Below, piece after piece: positions 39,945 through 54,138 of a stretch of DNA of 64,000 nucleotides. Every line of letters begins with the position of its first letter. Position 1 is the first letter of the stretch. The DNA is from the human T2T-CHM13v2.0 reference genome, Homo sapiens. Both the position numbers and the translations under genes were made by a program. Below the pieces are notes generated by a model. That model saw only the letters and a list, made by a program, of their open reading frames with translations. It searched no databases and was not told where the DNA came from. Location: the NCBI RefSeq assembly GCF_009914755.1, contig NC_060935.1; one strand, 5' to 3'.

Positions 39945-41642
39945 TGGAAAACTCTTTAAGTACAAGATGTATTCAAGGTTTTCATCAAAATCAAGTAGTT
40001 ATATTTAATATCAATAAAACTATATATGTCTACATGAGATAGGTGATCATATATAATTATTTTACCTTGTAGTCTTTTGACCCAGAATTTCAGCAATTTT
40101 GTGATTTTTCCAAATACAGCAATAGAAAAATGAAGTACCAACCCACCTTTCCTGGAATAGGGCCATATCAATTGGACCTAGGAGAATAGGTACAGGGCCT
40201 GCTCTTTTTTAATTCATTAACCTTTTTTGCCATAATTTTATTTGAGCCACTACAGCCACCAACTATCACAATTTTGTGGACTTGTTCTTATTTTATTTCC
40301 TACTGTTTCACAAATTTCTTCTGTGCAGTTATTAAAAATACTATTTCCCTTTTATCATTTGACAAATCTAAGCACCCAAAATGTGAACTTTCTCATTCTG
40401 CTTTCATTTGTGTGCCTATATTTGGAAGAGCATGGAGATTTTTTTCTACCAAGATGAACAGTATTTGTAAACTTACATAAGAGGTGTCCTGTAATTAGGA
40501 AACTTGTTTTTGGTCTGTTTGTTACAATATTTCACAAGCAAAGTTATACATATAACAGTTAACACTTACAGTTACACAAGGAGGGCTCATGTACTCCTTG
40601 TGATGTCTGTATTTATTTTCTAATGTCCTTAAGGTAAACTAAAAATCCTAAAATGAAAGAACTAAGAACAATTTATCTGAGCTACTTCCAAATGTATAGG
40701 TGTGGGTGCTAAGATATAAGAAGAGTAAGAAAAAGAACCATGGTATCTGCATTCCATGAGTGTACAGTTTACAACCATTCCAAGTCATTCCAACAATTGC
40801 ATGGAATACATTGACTGTCATGGTCATTCAAATGTCACAAGAAAAATATACAACCTACAAATAGTGGGAGTGAGTAATATCTCATTTTTCCTGAGAGTAT
40901 AGTGTTGTACATAAAGATGAGCTAGAGTATTAGATCGTCTTAAAAGTATAGTTTTGTATTCATTGGCTATGTACATGTAGATACTATGCTAAACAAGAGA
41001 CTAGCATAGAGTTTAATAAATCAACTATTAAAATTATTTATACAAATCATTCAACTGCAGAATTTTTTTCAGGTTTCCAAGTTTGTGGTGTCCTATAGCA
41101 TATCTATTAATAAGCCTTCATTCTAAGTCATTCCTATCTCCTAACAACTGCTTCTGTATTTACAATTGAGAAAATAAAAGCATTCCTCATAGGAGACATC
41201 CTAAGAATGCATATATGCAAAGATTCTCATGAAATTCTATCAGAAAGAGAGACAAAAATCTTGATATTTCTTACAGACCTGCTGTCAAGTTATCTGATTT
41301 GACTCATTTTTTGCTCAGGCCTGATTTCTTTTAGGTCCTAAAAATATACTTATTTTCACTTATTTGTAAAAATCAGTAACAGAGCATTGCTAGGTCATCT
41401 TGTGGATGCCTTTTATTTTTAATTGATTTTACTTTTCTTAAAGTAATGCTTGCAAAAAGTAAAAAATTCAATTTTATTGAAAAGCTTATGTGTGACAATG
41501 GACCTCTACCACACCTTTCCCCACCCTCATTCATATGACCCAAAGGCAATCACTGTCAAGTCTTTTAAGTGTTACTTTTGGTATTTAGCTCCACATTTCT
41601 AATAATGTGCTCATAAGTATATTTTAAGCTTTTGTGTATACT

Positions 41643-43187
<1,545 letters not shown>

Positions 43188-43458
43188 CTTGCCACCACTA
43201 TCTATATGAAGTCTCCATGTCTATATTGGTCTGTTTCTTGCCTTTGTGTTCTGATTTATTAATCTATTTTATAAAACTATACATCTATATAAACCCAAAC
43301 TATCAAGATATCGAAGATTTCCATCATCCCAAAAAGATATCTCCTGCCCCTTCTCAGTCAACACCTACCCCTTCGGAGGCAATCATCATTGTGATTGCTA
43401 TCACAGTAGATTAGTTTTGCCTATTCTTGTTCATTACAAATTCTTGTTCTTCATATAA

Positions 43459-43887
<429 letters not shown>

Positions 43888-44728
43888 TAGTATCCCATTC
43901 TATGTATATATGACCATTTATTTATCAGCCTGCATTGATGAACATTTGAATTGTTTCCAGTTTTGGCTAATATGAATAAAACTGCTATAAACATTCTTGT
44001 ACAAATGTTTTTGTAAACATGTTTTCTCAGGTAAAAATCTTAGAGTGGAATTTCTAGATTTTAATTAGATTTATGTTTAACTTTACAAGTTGCCAAACCA
44101 ATTTCCAAAGTGGTCATATCATTTTATATTCCCACCAGCAATGTATGAGAATTTCAATTGCCTCGCATTTTACCTATATTTGATATTGTCCAGTTTGTTT
44201 GGTCAGTTTTTTAAAAATATTAGCCATTCTAGAGGATGTGTTTTAGTTTTAATTCTCCAGACACTAATGACATTGAGCACTTTTTCATATATTTATTAAC
44301 TATTTGTGTATAATACTTTTTGAGATGCCTATTCAAGGTCTTTGATCTTTTTTTGGTGGGGGGAGGGTTGATTGTCTAATTTTATTGAGTTGTAGAATTG
44401 CTTATAATTCTGAATACAAGACCTTTGCCAGACATGTTTTTGCAAATATTTTCTCCATGGCTGTGACTCCTCTATTCATTCTCTTAACAATGTATTTTGA
44501 TGAGTAGATGTTTTTAATTTTGATAAAGTCCACATTATTAGTTTTTTTCTTTTATCACTAGTTTTCTAGGTCCTGTCTAAAAAACAAATTCCATTATCTT
44601 GTATTGATGTTGCAAGATTGCAAAAGTAGCCTCTTATGTTTTCATCTAGAGATTTTATAGTTTTATCTTTCACATAAAAGACTTTACATTAAAGTCCCTA
44701 GCCATCTTTAATTAATTTTTTTGTATAG

Positions 44729-45646
44729 TGTGATGTACGAGTGTGAAATAAGATGAAATCCGTATATTGGTCTCTGCCCCCAGTTCCTGATACAGGGCTC
44801 CTAAAGCCCTCTTGTAATTTCTTAAGAGGTAGGAGTGCTAGGAGCATCTTTTGTTCTAATACTTCATCTTTAACCTTGGTTCCTAACAACAGAGTTCCTA
44901 AACCGCTTGACGTTTTCTGTGTGAGAGGAGCATCTTTTGTTCTAACAAGGTGACTCCTGATGGGCTCCTGGATTGAGACTGCTCACCAGAAATACCAAGC
45001 CATGATTAGAAGCTTTGAAATTTTAGTCCTATACCCCTTCCTCTGGGGAAGGAATGGGGGATAGGAATTGAATTAATAGTTCATCATGCCTATGTAGTGA
45101 AGCCTTCCCAAAAATCCCTAAAAGATTGGGTTTGGAGAACTTCCAGATTGGTAAACACATGAAGGTGCTCAGAGGGTGGCACCCTTAAGAGGGCGTAAGA
45201 GCTCCACACCCTTTCCCTGTGCATCTTTTCCATCTGGCTATTTCTAAGTTGTATGGTTTTATAATAAACCAGTAATCTAGTAAGTAAACTATTTTCCTGA
45301 GTTCTGTGAGCCATTCTAGAAAATTATTGAACCAAAGGATGGGGTTGTGGGAACTTCTGATTTACAGCAGGCTGGTCAGAGGAGCACAAATGCAACCTGG
45401 ATTTACAACTGGTGTCTGAGGTGGTGGCAGTTTTTTGGGATTGAACTCTTAACCTATGGAAGCTGATATAATCTCTAGGTAGATCATCTCATAACTGAAT
45501 TACATGCTAGGACACCCACTCAATGTCTGCTGAAAAGTGGAGAATTGCTTGGTGTGGGAAAAATAAAACCCACACATCTGGTGTCAGAAGTGAGCTATTC
45601 AGAGTAGACATAGAGTAGTGATGGAAACAGGAGTTTTACTTCCAAC
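44729..45646 (+). mobile_element. MER21-family solo LTR
   Basis: TG…CA ends, internal duplicated aggagcatcttttgttctaa, ccaagccatgattaga, AATAAA near 45263, and aaacccacacatctggtgtcagaag. Confidence 0.75.
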
Positions 45647-47737
45647 AGGCGAAGCTCATTTTTTTTCCCCATACAGATAGCCAGTTGTTCTGACAGCATT
45701 TTTTAGACTATCATTTTCTTTGGAATTGCTTTGGCACTTTGGTTGAAAATCAATTGACAACATAAATGTGGATCTATTTCTGAACCCTCTATTCTGTTCC
45801 AGTTGCCTGTCTACACATAAATACTACACTGTCTTGATTACCATAACATTACACTAAGTCTTGAAGTCAGAAAGTTTAAGTCCTCCAAATTTATTCTTTT
45901 TGGTTGTTGTTATTTTAGGACACTTTCAATTACATATAAATTTTAGAATCAGCTTGTCAACTTTTACCCTCAAAAAAGCCTGCTGGGATTTTTATTGGGA
46001 TTTTATTTAATCTATAGATAAATTTTGAGAAAATTGATATTTAACACCACCAACTTTTTCAGTCTGTGAAAATAGCGTGTCTCTCCAGTTAGATCATCTT
46101 TAAATTTTCTCAGCAATGTTCTGTATATTCAATGCAGAGGTCTTAATCATATTTCATTAAATATATCCCTATGTATTTTATGTCTGGATGTTATTATAAC
46201 AGTATTTTTTAAATTTATTTTTTCCAACTTTTATTTTGGATTCAGGAGATACATGTGCAGGTGTGTTACCTGGGCATACTGCGTGATGCTGAGGTTTGGG
46301 GTACAAATTATCCCATCACCCAGGCAGTGAACATAATACCCAATAGTTTTTCAACCCATTCCTACCTCCCTCCCATCTCACATTAGTAGTCCCAGTTTCT
46401 ATTACTGGAATCTTTATGTACATGTGTACTCAATATTTAACTCCCACTTATTAGTGAGAACAGGTGGTATTTGGTTTTCTATTCCTGTGTTAATTCGCTT
46501 AGGATAATGACCTCCAGCTACATCCATGTTGCTGCAAAGGACATGATTGCATTCTTTTTTATGGCTACATAGTATTCTATGTTGTATACATACCACATTT
46601 TCTTTATCCAGTCCACCGTTGATGGGCACCTAGATTGGTTACATGTCTTTGTTATTGTGAACAGTGCTACAGTGAAGATGCAAGTGCTTGTGTCTTTTTG
46701 GTAGAATAACTTGTTTTCTTTTAGATGTACACCAAGTATTGGGATAGCTGGGTTGAATCATACTTCTAAGTTCTTTGAGAAATCTCCAAACTGCTCTTCA
46801 CAATAGCTGAACTAATTTACATCTCCACCAACAACGTATAAGCCTCGCCAGCATTTGTTGTTTTCTAACTTTTTAATAATAGCCATTCCAACTTGTATGA
46901 GATGATATCTCATTGTGGTTTTAATTTGCATTTCTCTGATGATCACTGATGTGGAGCATTTTTTCACGTTTTTTGGCCACTTGTATGTCTTCTTTTGAGA
47001 AGTGTCTGTTCACGTCTTTTCCCCATTTTTAAGGGGGTTATTTGTGTTTTCCTTGTTCAATTGTTTAAGCTCCTTCTGGATTCTGGATATTAGACATTTG
47101 TTGGATGCATAGTTTGCAAATATTTTCTCCCATTCTGTGGGCTGTCTGTTTACTCTGTTGATAGTTTATTTTGCATGCAGAAGCTCTTCAGTTTAATTAC
47201 GTCCCAATTGTTAATTTTTGTTTTTGTTGCAATTGCTTTTGAGGACTTAGTCATAAATTCTTTAGCAAGGCTGAAGTCCAGAATGGTGTTTCCTAGGTTT
47301 TCTTCTAGGTTTCTTGTACTTTAGGGTCTTATATTTAAATATTTAATCCATCTTGAGTTAATTTTTATATATGGTGAAAGGTATAGGTTTAGTTTCATTC
47401 TGCATATGACTAGCCAGCTATCCCAGAATCACTTATTGAATAGGGAGTCCTTTCCCCATTGCTTATTTTTGTCAATTTTGTCAAAGATCAGATGGTTGTA
47501 GGTATGTGGCTTTATTTCTGAGTTCTCTATTTTGTTCCATTGGTCTATGAATCTGTTTTTATGGCAGTTCCATGCTGTTTTGGTTACTGTAGCCTTATAG
47601 TATGGTTGGAAGTCAGGTAATGTGATGCCTCCAGCTTTGTTCTTTTTTCTTAAGATTGCTTTGGCTACTTGGGCTCTTTTCTGGTTCCATATGAACTTTA
47701 AAATAGTCTTTTCTAGTTCCGTGAAAAATGACATTGG

Positions 47738-48046
47738 GGCCGGGCATGGTTGCTCACGCCTGCAATCCCAGCACTTTAGGAGGCCGAGGTGGGTGGATCA
47801 CTTGAGGTCAGGAGGTGGAGACCAGCCTGGCCAATATGGTGAAACCACATCTCTACTAAAAATACAAAAAAATTAGCTGGGTATGGTGGTATACACCAGT
47901 AGTCGCAGCTACTTGGAAGGCTGAGGAAGAATCTCTTGAACCCAGGAGGCGGAGGTTGCAGTGAGCCGAGATCACACCACTGCACTCCAGCCTAGGCGAC
48001 AGCAAGACTCCATCTCAAAAAAAAAAAAAAAAGAAAGAAAAGAAAA
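47738..48046 (+). mobile_element. AluSx inserted in L1 ORF2
   Basis: 15-bp TSD gaaaaatgacattgg at 47723-47737 and 48047-48061. Confidence 0.96.
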
Positions 48047-51000
48047 GAAAAATGACATTGGTATTTTGATAGGGATTGCAATGAATCTGAATCTGTAGGT
48101 TGCTTTGAGCAGTATGGCCATTTTAACGATATTGATTCTTCCAATGCATGAGCATGAAATGTTTTTCCATTTGTGTCATCTATGATTTCTTTTAGCAGTG
48201 TTTTGTATTTCTCCTTGTAGAGCTCCTTCACCTCCTTGGTTAGATATATTCCTAGATATTTCCTGGATATGACTACTGTAAGTGGCTCTCAGCTTGAACA
48301 TTATTGGTGTATAGAAATGATGCTGATTTTTGTATGTTGATTTTGTATCCTGAAACTTTACTGAAGTTGTTTATCAGTTCCAAGAGCCTTTTGCCAGAGT
48401 CTTCAGGCTTTTCTAAGTATAGAATCATATAATCTGTGAAAAGAGTTTGACTTCTTCTTTTCCTATTTGGTTGACTTTCATTTCTGTCTCTTGCCTGACT
48501 GCTCTGGCTAACACTTCCAGTACTGTGTTGAATAGGAGTGGTATAACAGTGGGCATCCTTGTCTTATTCCAGTTCTCAAGGGGAATGCTTTTAGTTTTTG
48601 CCATTCCAGCATGACATTGGCTGTGGTGCGTAATAGATGGGTCTTTTTATTTTGAGGTATGTTCCTTCGATGCCTAGTTTCTTGAGAATTTTTACCACGA
48701 AGCGATGTTGGATTTTATCAAAAGCTTTTTCCACATCTATTGAGATGATAATATAGTTTTTGTTTTTAACTCTGTTTATGTGGTGAATCACATTTATTAA
48801 TTTGTGTCTGTTGAACAAACCTTGCATTTGAGAAATGAAACCTTTTTATCGTGGTGAATTAACTTTTTGATGTACTGTTGGGTTTGGTTTGCTATTATTT
48901 TCTTGAAGACTTTTGTGTCTATACTCACCAGGAATATTGGCTCATTGTTTTATTTTTTCATTGTGACTTTGCCAGGTTTGGGTATCAGAGTGATGCTTAC
49001 TTCATAGAATGAGATAGGAAGGAGTCCTTCCTCCTCCATTTTTGGGGATAGTTTTAGTAGAATTGATACCAGCTCTTCTTTGTGCATCTAGTAGAATTTA
49101 GCTGTGAATCCATCCAGCTGAGGCTTTTTGTTTTTGGTTGGTAGGCTTTTTATTACTGATTCTAATTCAGAACTCAATCTTGGTCTGTTCAGGGTTTCAG
49201 TTGCTTCGTTATTCAATCATGGGAGGTTGTGTGTTTCTGGTAATTTATCAATTTCCTCTAGATTTGATAGTTTGTGTGCATAGAGATGTTCATAATATTT
49301 TCTATGGATATTTTGTATTTATGTGGGATCAGTTGTAATGTCACCTTTTGTCATTTCTGATGGAGTTTATGTGAATCTTTTTTTTCTTTGTTAATCTAGC
49401 TAATGGTCTATCAATTTTATCTTTTCAAATAACCAGCTCTTAGTTTGTTGATTCTTTGTATGGATTTTTGGGTCTCAATTTCATTCAGTTTCACTCAGAT
49501 TTTAATTATTTCTTTTCTTCTGCTAGCTTTGGGGTTAGTTTGTTCTTGTTTTTCTAGTTCCTGTAGGTATAATGTTAGATCATTAATTTGATATCTTGCT
49601 AACTTTTTGAGGTAGGCAATTACCACTATAAACTTTCCTTTCAACATTGCTTTTACTGCATCCCAGAGATTTTGGTATGTTATGTGTCTGTTTTCATTTT
49701 TTTCAAATAATGTGTTTATTTCTGCCTTAATTTCATTGTTTACCCAAAAGTCATCCAGGGGTAAGTTGTTTCATTTCCTTATAAGTGTGTGTTTTTGAGG
49801 GATCTTCTTGGTATTCACATCTATTTTTATTCCACTGTGGTCTGAGAGTATAGTTGGTATAATTTTGATTTTTTTTAATTTATTGAGACTTGCTTTATGG
49901 TCAAGCATGTGGTTGATCTTGGAGTATGTTCTACATGCAGATGAGAAGACTGTATACTCTGTGGTTGATGGGTGGATTGTTCTGTAGATGTCTATTAGGT
50001 CCAGTTGGTCAAGTGACAAGTTTAAGTCTAAAATTTGTTCGTTTTCTGCCTCAGTGCTGTCTAATGCTGACAGTCAGGGTGTTGAAGTTCCCCACTATTA
50101 TTGTGTAACTGTCTAAGTCTTTTCATAGGTCTAGAAGTACTTGTTTTATGAATCTGAGTGCTCCACCATTGGATGTGTTATATGTAGGACAGTTAAGTCT
50201 TCTTGTTGAATTGAACCCTTTATCATTATATAATGCCTTTCTTTGTCTTTTTTTACTATGGTTGGCTTGAAGTCTGTTTTATCTGATGTAAGAACAGTGA
50301 TCCCTATTCTTTATTGTTTTCCATGTGCATGACAGACCTTTCTCTAACCCTCTACTTTGAGCCTATGGATGTTGTTATGTGTGAGATGGGTGTCTTCAAG
50401 ACAGCAGACAGATGAGTCTTGTTTTCTAATCCAAACTTTCCACTCTGTGCCTTTTAAGTGGGGGGTTTAAAGTATTTACATTCAAGGCTAATATTGATAT
50501 GTGAGGTTTGATCCTATCATAAGGTTGTTACTTTGTTGCTTTGTAGTTTCTATTGCGTGGTTGCTTTATAAGGTCTTTAGGCTATGTACCTAAGTGTGTT
50601 TTGGTGGTAGATGGTATCATTCTTTTGTATGCATGTTTAAAACTCCCTTAAGGATCTCCCGTAAGGTTGGTCTAATGATAACAAATTCACTTAGTGTTAG
50701 CTTGTCTGGAAAATATTTTTTATTTCTCTTTCACTTATAAAGCCTACTTTGACAGGACATGAAATTCTTGGTTGGAATTTCTTTCCTTTAAGAATGCTGA
50801 AAATAGGCCCCCAACTTCTTCTGGCTTGTAAAGTTTCTACTGAAAAGTCCACTGTTAGCCTGATGGGATTCCCTTTGTACATGACCTTTCTCTAGTTGCC
50901 TTTAAGATTTTTTCTTTAGCATTGACCTTGGACAGTCTGGTGACAATATGCCTTGGTAAAGTTCACTTTGTATAGTATTAGGCAGGTGTTCTCTGGATTT

Positions 51001-52049
51001 CTTGGATCTGGATGTCTACCTCTCTAGCAAGATTAGGGAAATTTTCTTAAATAATTCCCTCAAATATATATTCCAGATTGTTTACTTTTTCTCTTTATCT
51101 CTCAGAAATGCCAATAATTCATAGGTTTGGTTGCTTTACATAATTCCATATTTCTTGAAGACTTTGTACATTTTTTTTAAATTCTTTTTCTTTATTTTTG
51201 TCTAACTGGGTTAGTTACAAAGACTGGTCTTCAAGCTCTGAAATTATTTCTTCTTCTTGGTCCAGTTTATTGATAAAGATTTCAATTGTATTTCAAAATT
51301 CTTTAAGTGAGTTTTTCAATTGCAGAAGCTCTGATTTATTTTTTAAAGACACTTATCTCTTCCTTCGTTTCTAGGATTGCTTGAGAAGTTTATTTGCATT
51401 GACTTTCAACCTTGTCTTGGATCTCATTGAGCTTCCTTGCAATCCATGCTTTGAATTCTTTATCTGTCATTTCTGAGTTTCCATTTTGGTTAGGGTCCAT
51501 TGCTAGAGAGCTAATGTGATCCTTTAGTGGTGTCATTACATTCAGATTTTTCATGGTGCCAAAATTCTTCCTTTGGTTCCTTCTCATCTGGAGACACTGA
51601 CACTTCTAATTTTTGTAATTATTTTCATGTGGGTAGGATTTTTTCTTTTTCTCTTTTTCCCTACATTACTGGGGGTTTTTTCTTTCCCTTTCCCCCAAGG
51701 TCTGCTGGCTTTGCTTCTAAAGTCCCATGCACTTCTTTGGGCAGGTTTTGTATTGGACTGTGCAGTTTGACCTACAAGCCAGTAGATGGCACTTATCAAT
51801 AACAGTCAGCTTTTAGCTTGTCTGGAAAATATTTTTTTTCCACACAGCTGGGTACATACTTCCTCCTTGTTTACTGGCCGAAGCTCTCTGTTGCCTCAGG
51901 CACTGGACTGATTCCTGCGCAGTGGTCTGAGCTTCCTGCTCAGCCCTGGGGCAGGGTGAAGGGGCCACTATGGGCAGGGTCAGACTGGGCAGGTCTCTGC
52001 CTAAAGGTCCCCGGAGGGCAGGCACAAGCACCAGCACTGAGGGAGAATC

Positions 52050-52575
52050 GAATAGGTGAGCACCAAGCACTCAGACGTCTGCCTAAGCATGGAGCAAAGC
52101 AACCTCCTCGGCCCTCTTTGGCACAGGAATGGGGTGCAGCCTAAATTCCTAATCCAAAAGAGTGAGTGGTCCAGATGTCCGGAGATCTGCCTAGGCGTGG
52201 AGTGGAGAGGGACCCCCTGCACCAAGATTTCTGCACAGGAGGAGCGGAGTGGCTCAGGCTTCTGAACCAGGCAAGCAGATCCTCTGAATGCCTGAGGATC
52301 TGCCTGGGCATACAGCAGAGAGGGCTTCCCTGCACCAGGATCTCTGCACAGGAAGGGTAGGGTTGCTCAGGCTGTTGATCCAAGTGAGCTGGTGCTCCAA
52401 ATTCCTGGGGATCTGCCTGGGCATGAAGTGGAGAGGGCCTCCCTGTACCAGGATCTCTGCACAGGAAAGCTGGGATGGGTAGGGTCAAGCTGCTGAACCA
52501 GGAGAACAGGTGCTCCAAATGCCTGGATATCCACCTGGACATGGAGTTGAGAGGGCCCTGCCACACCATGATCTA
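52050..52575 (-). repeat. About 4.5 diverged copies of a 113-bp monomer in the L1 5'UTR
   Basis: The anchor gatctgcct recurs at 52184, 52297 and 52410 (period 113), with variants at 52076 and 52528. Confidence 0.9.
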
Positions 52576-52789
52576 AATAGTATTTTTAATACTGTAATTT
52601 GTTGTTTTCTAATATTTATTCAGAATTTTCCCATCAAACTGCATAAGTGACACTGAGCACAGTTTTTTACTTCCTGGAACTAACTTATTCATTTTATTGT
52701 CAATGCTATGCTACCTGCAAAATTAAATTAAATTTCTGGATGTATGTTCCTCTCTTTATATATTCTCTGAAACAGTTTAAAATCAGAAT

Positions 52790-53890
52790 TACTGCCACTT
52801 CCAGTATGGGGAAGTAAACTCGTAACAGGACCTTAACCTTCCACAGAAAACAACTATAAATTCTGACAAAATGCAAAAAACAACTACCTGAGAGCTCTGA
52901 AGAATAAATAAAAGCAGAGTTGAAACTTGAAAGAAGCTGTGGGTGTAAGTGAGTTTCCCACTTTGTGTGGCTTTGTCTTGAAGGCAGCCACAGACCCAGA
53001 GCAGCATGGAACAGCTAAAACTTCAATAGAAAGCACAGTGTCTTTATAGCTGGGAAAAGCAAGGGAAAGAGTCAAGGTAATCAGGGCCACCAGAGAGTAA
53101 GGAAAGAATCCTGAATAGGAGACTGTCAGGGAACAGGAACTCCAAATTCCATATATAACTCTTGCCTAAGTCTCTGGCATATATGGGGCCGACTAAAATC
53201 AACCAGAAATGACAGTTGAGCTGTTCCCAATCAAAGGCAAGAGAAACTTCTCAGTTTAAATCTAACCAAGCTAATTGCCTTATAAAATAAAAACATCAGC
53301 TTCATTTGTAGGACTATAAAATAATCTAAAAGCTAAGCAACATGATATCATAATGATCAAGATTCAATCTACAATTTCTTGACATGAAGAATCAGGAAAA
53401 TGTGATTCATTTTCTAGAGAAAAGATGATCAACAAACACCAATCCCAAAATGAACCAGATGCTGAAATTATCAGACAAGAACTTTAAAGCTGCTATTATA
53501 AATATGCTTAATGAAATAAAAGAAAATATGTTCATAATCAATGAAAAAGTAGCAAATCTAAGCAGAGAAATAGGAAATACAAAAGGAAAAAAGAGAAACT
53601 TAGGACTGGAAAATAAAAAATCTAACATAAAGTTCATTATATGAACATAGTAAAATAAAGGTGATGGAGGGAAAAGTCTGTGAATTTGTAGATCAATAAA
53701 AGCAATTAGAAGAAAAGAGAAGAAAAAAATGGAAGAAAAAAAAAACAGTGCCTTAGGAATTTGCATGGCAATATCAAAAGATCCAACATGAAAGCTGGAG
53801 TCTCAGAAAGAGGAGAAAGAGAGAATGGGGAAATAAGAATATTTGATAAAATAATGGTCAAAAGATTCTCAAATTTGGTGAAAAATAGAA
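52790..53890 (+). mobile_element. Old L1M 5'UTR/ORF1 fragment
   Basis: ORF 53450-53644 (MNQMLKLSDKNFKAAIINMLNEIKENM) is L1M ORF1-like; GVSERGERENGE..IFDKIM..FSNL follows. Confidence 0.75.
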
Positions 53891-54138
53891 ATTATTTGTT
53901 CCTCACATATAAAACTGAGCTTAGAATTTATTTTAATTTATTGTATTATTTGAATGTAGCTTACTAGGTTTTATTTAATCAAGTCTATTGATTTAGTGGG
54001 TACTGATTATTAAGGTTTTTTATGTTTCAGTAAATTTAGTAGCTTACATTTTTCTAGAAAATTTCTATTTTATCTAACTTTTCAAATTATTTTTAGTTTT
54101 CCATTGTAATGTTTAAATTTTTCTATTTTATCTCTAAT

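Larger units (their letters stand above)
46210..52575 (-). mobile_element. Near full-length old primate L1 (L1PA15/16-like), inactive
   Basis: 3'UTR, fragmented ORF2 (47429-50019), fragmented ORF1 (50697-51587) and a monomer-repeat 5'UTR. Candidate TSD aacagtattttt (46198) / aatagtattttt (52576). Confidence 0.88.

Noticed and set aside
52050-52575. Regularly spaced repeats as a CRISPR-like array
   Set aside because: The whole 113-bp unit is repeated with divergence and there are no unique spacers. It is an L1 5'UTR in a mammalian genome.
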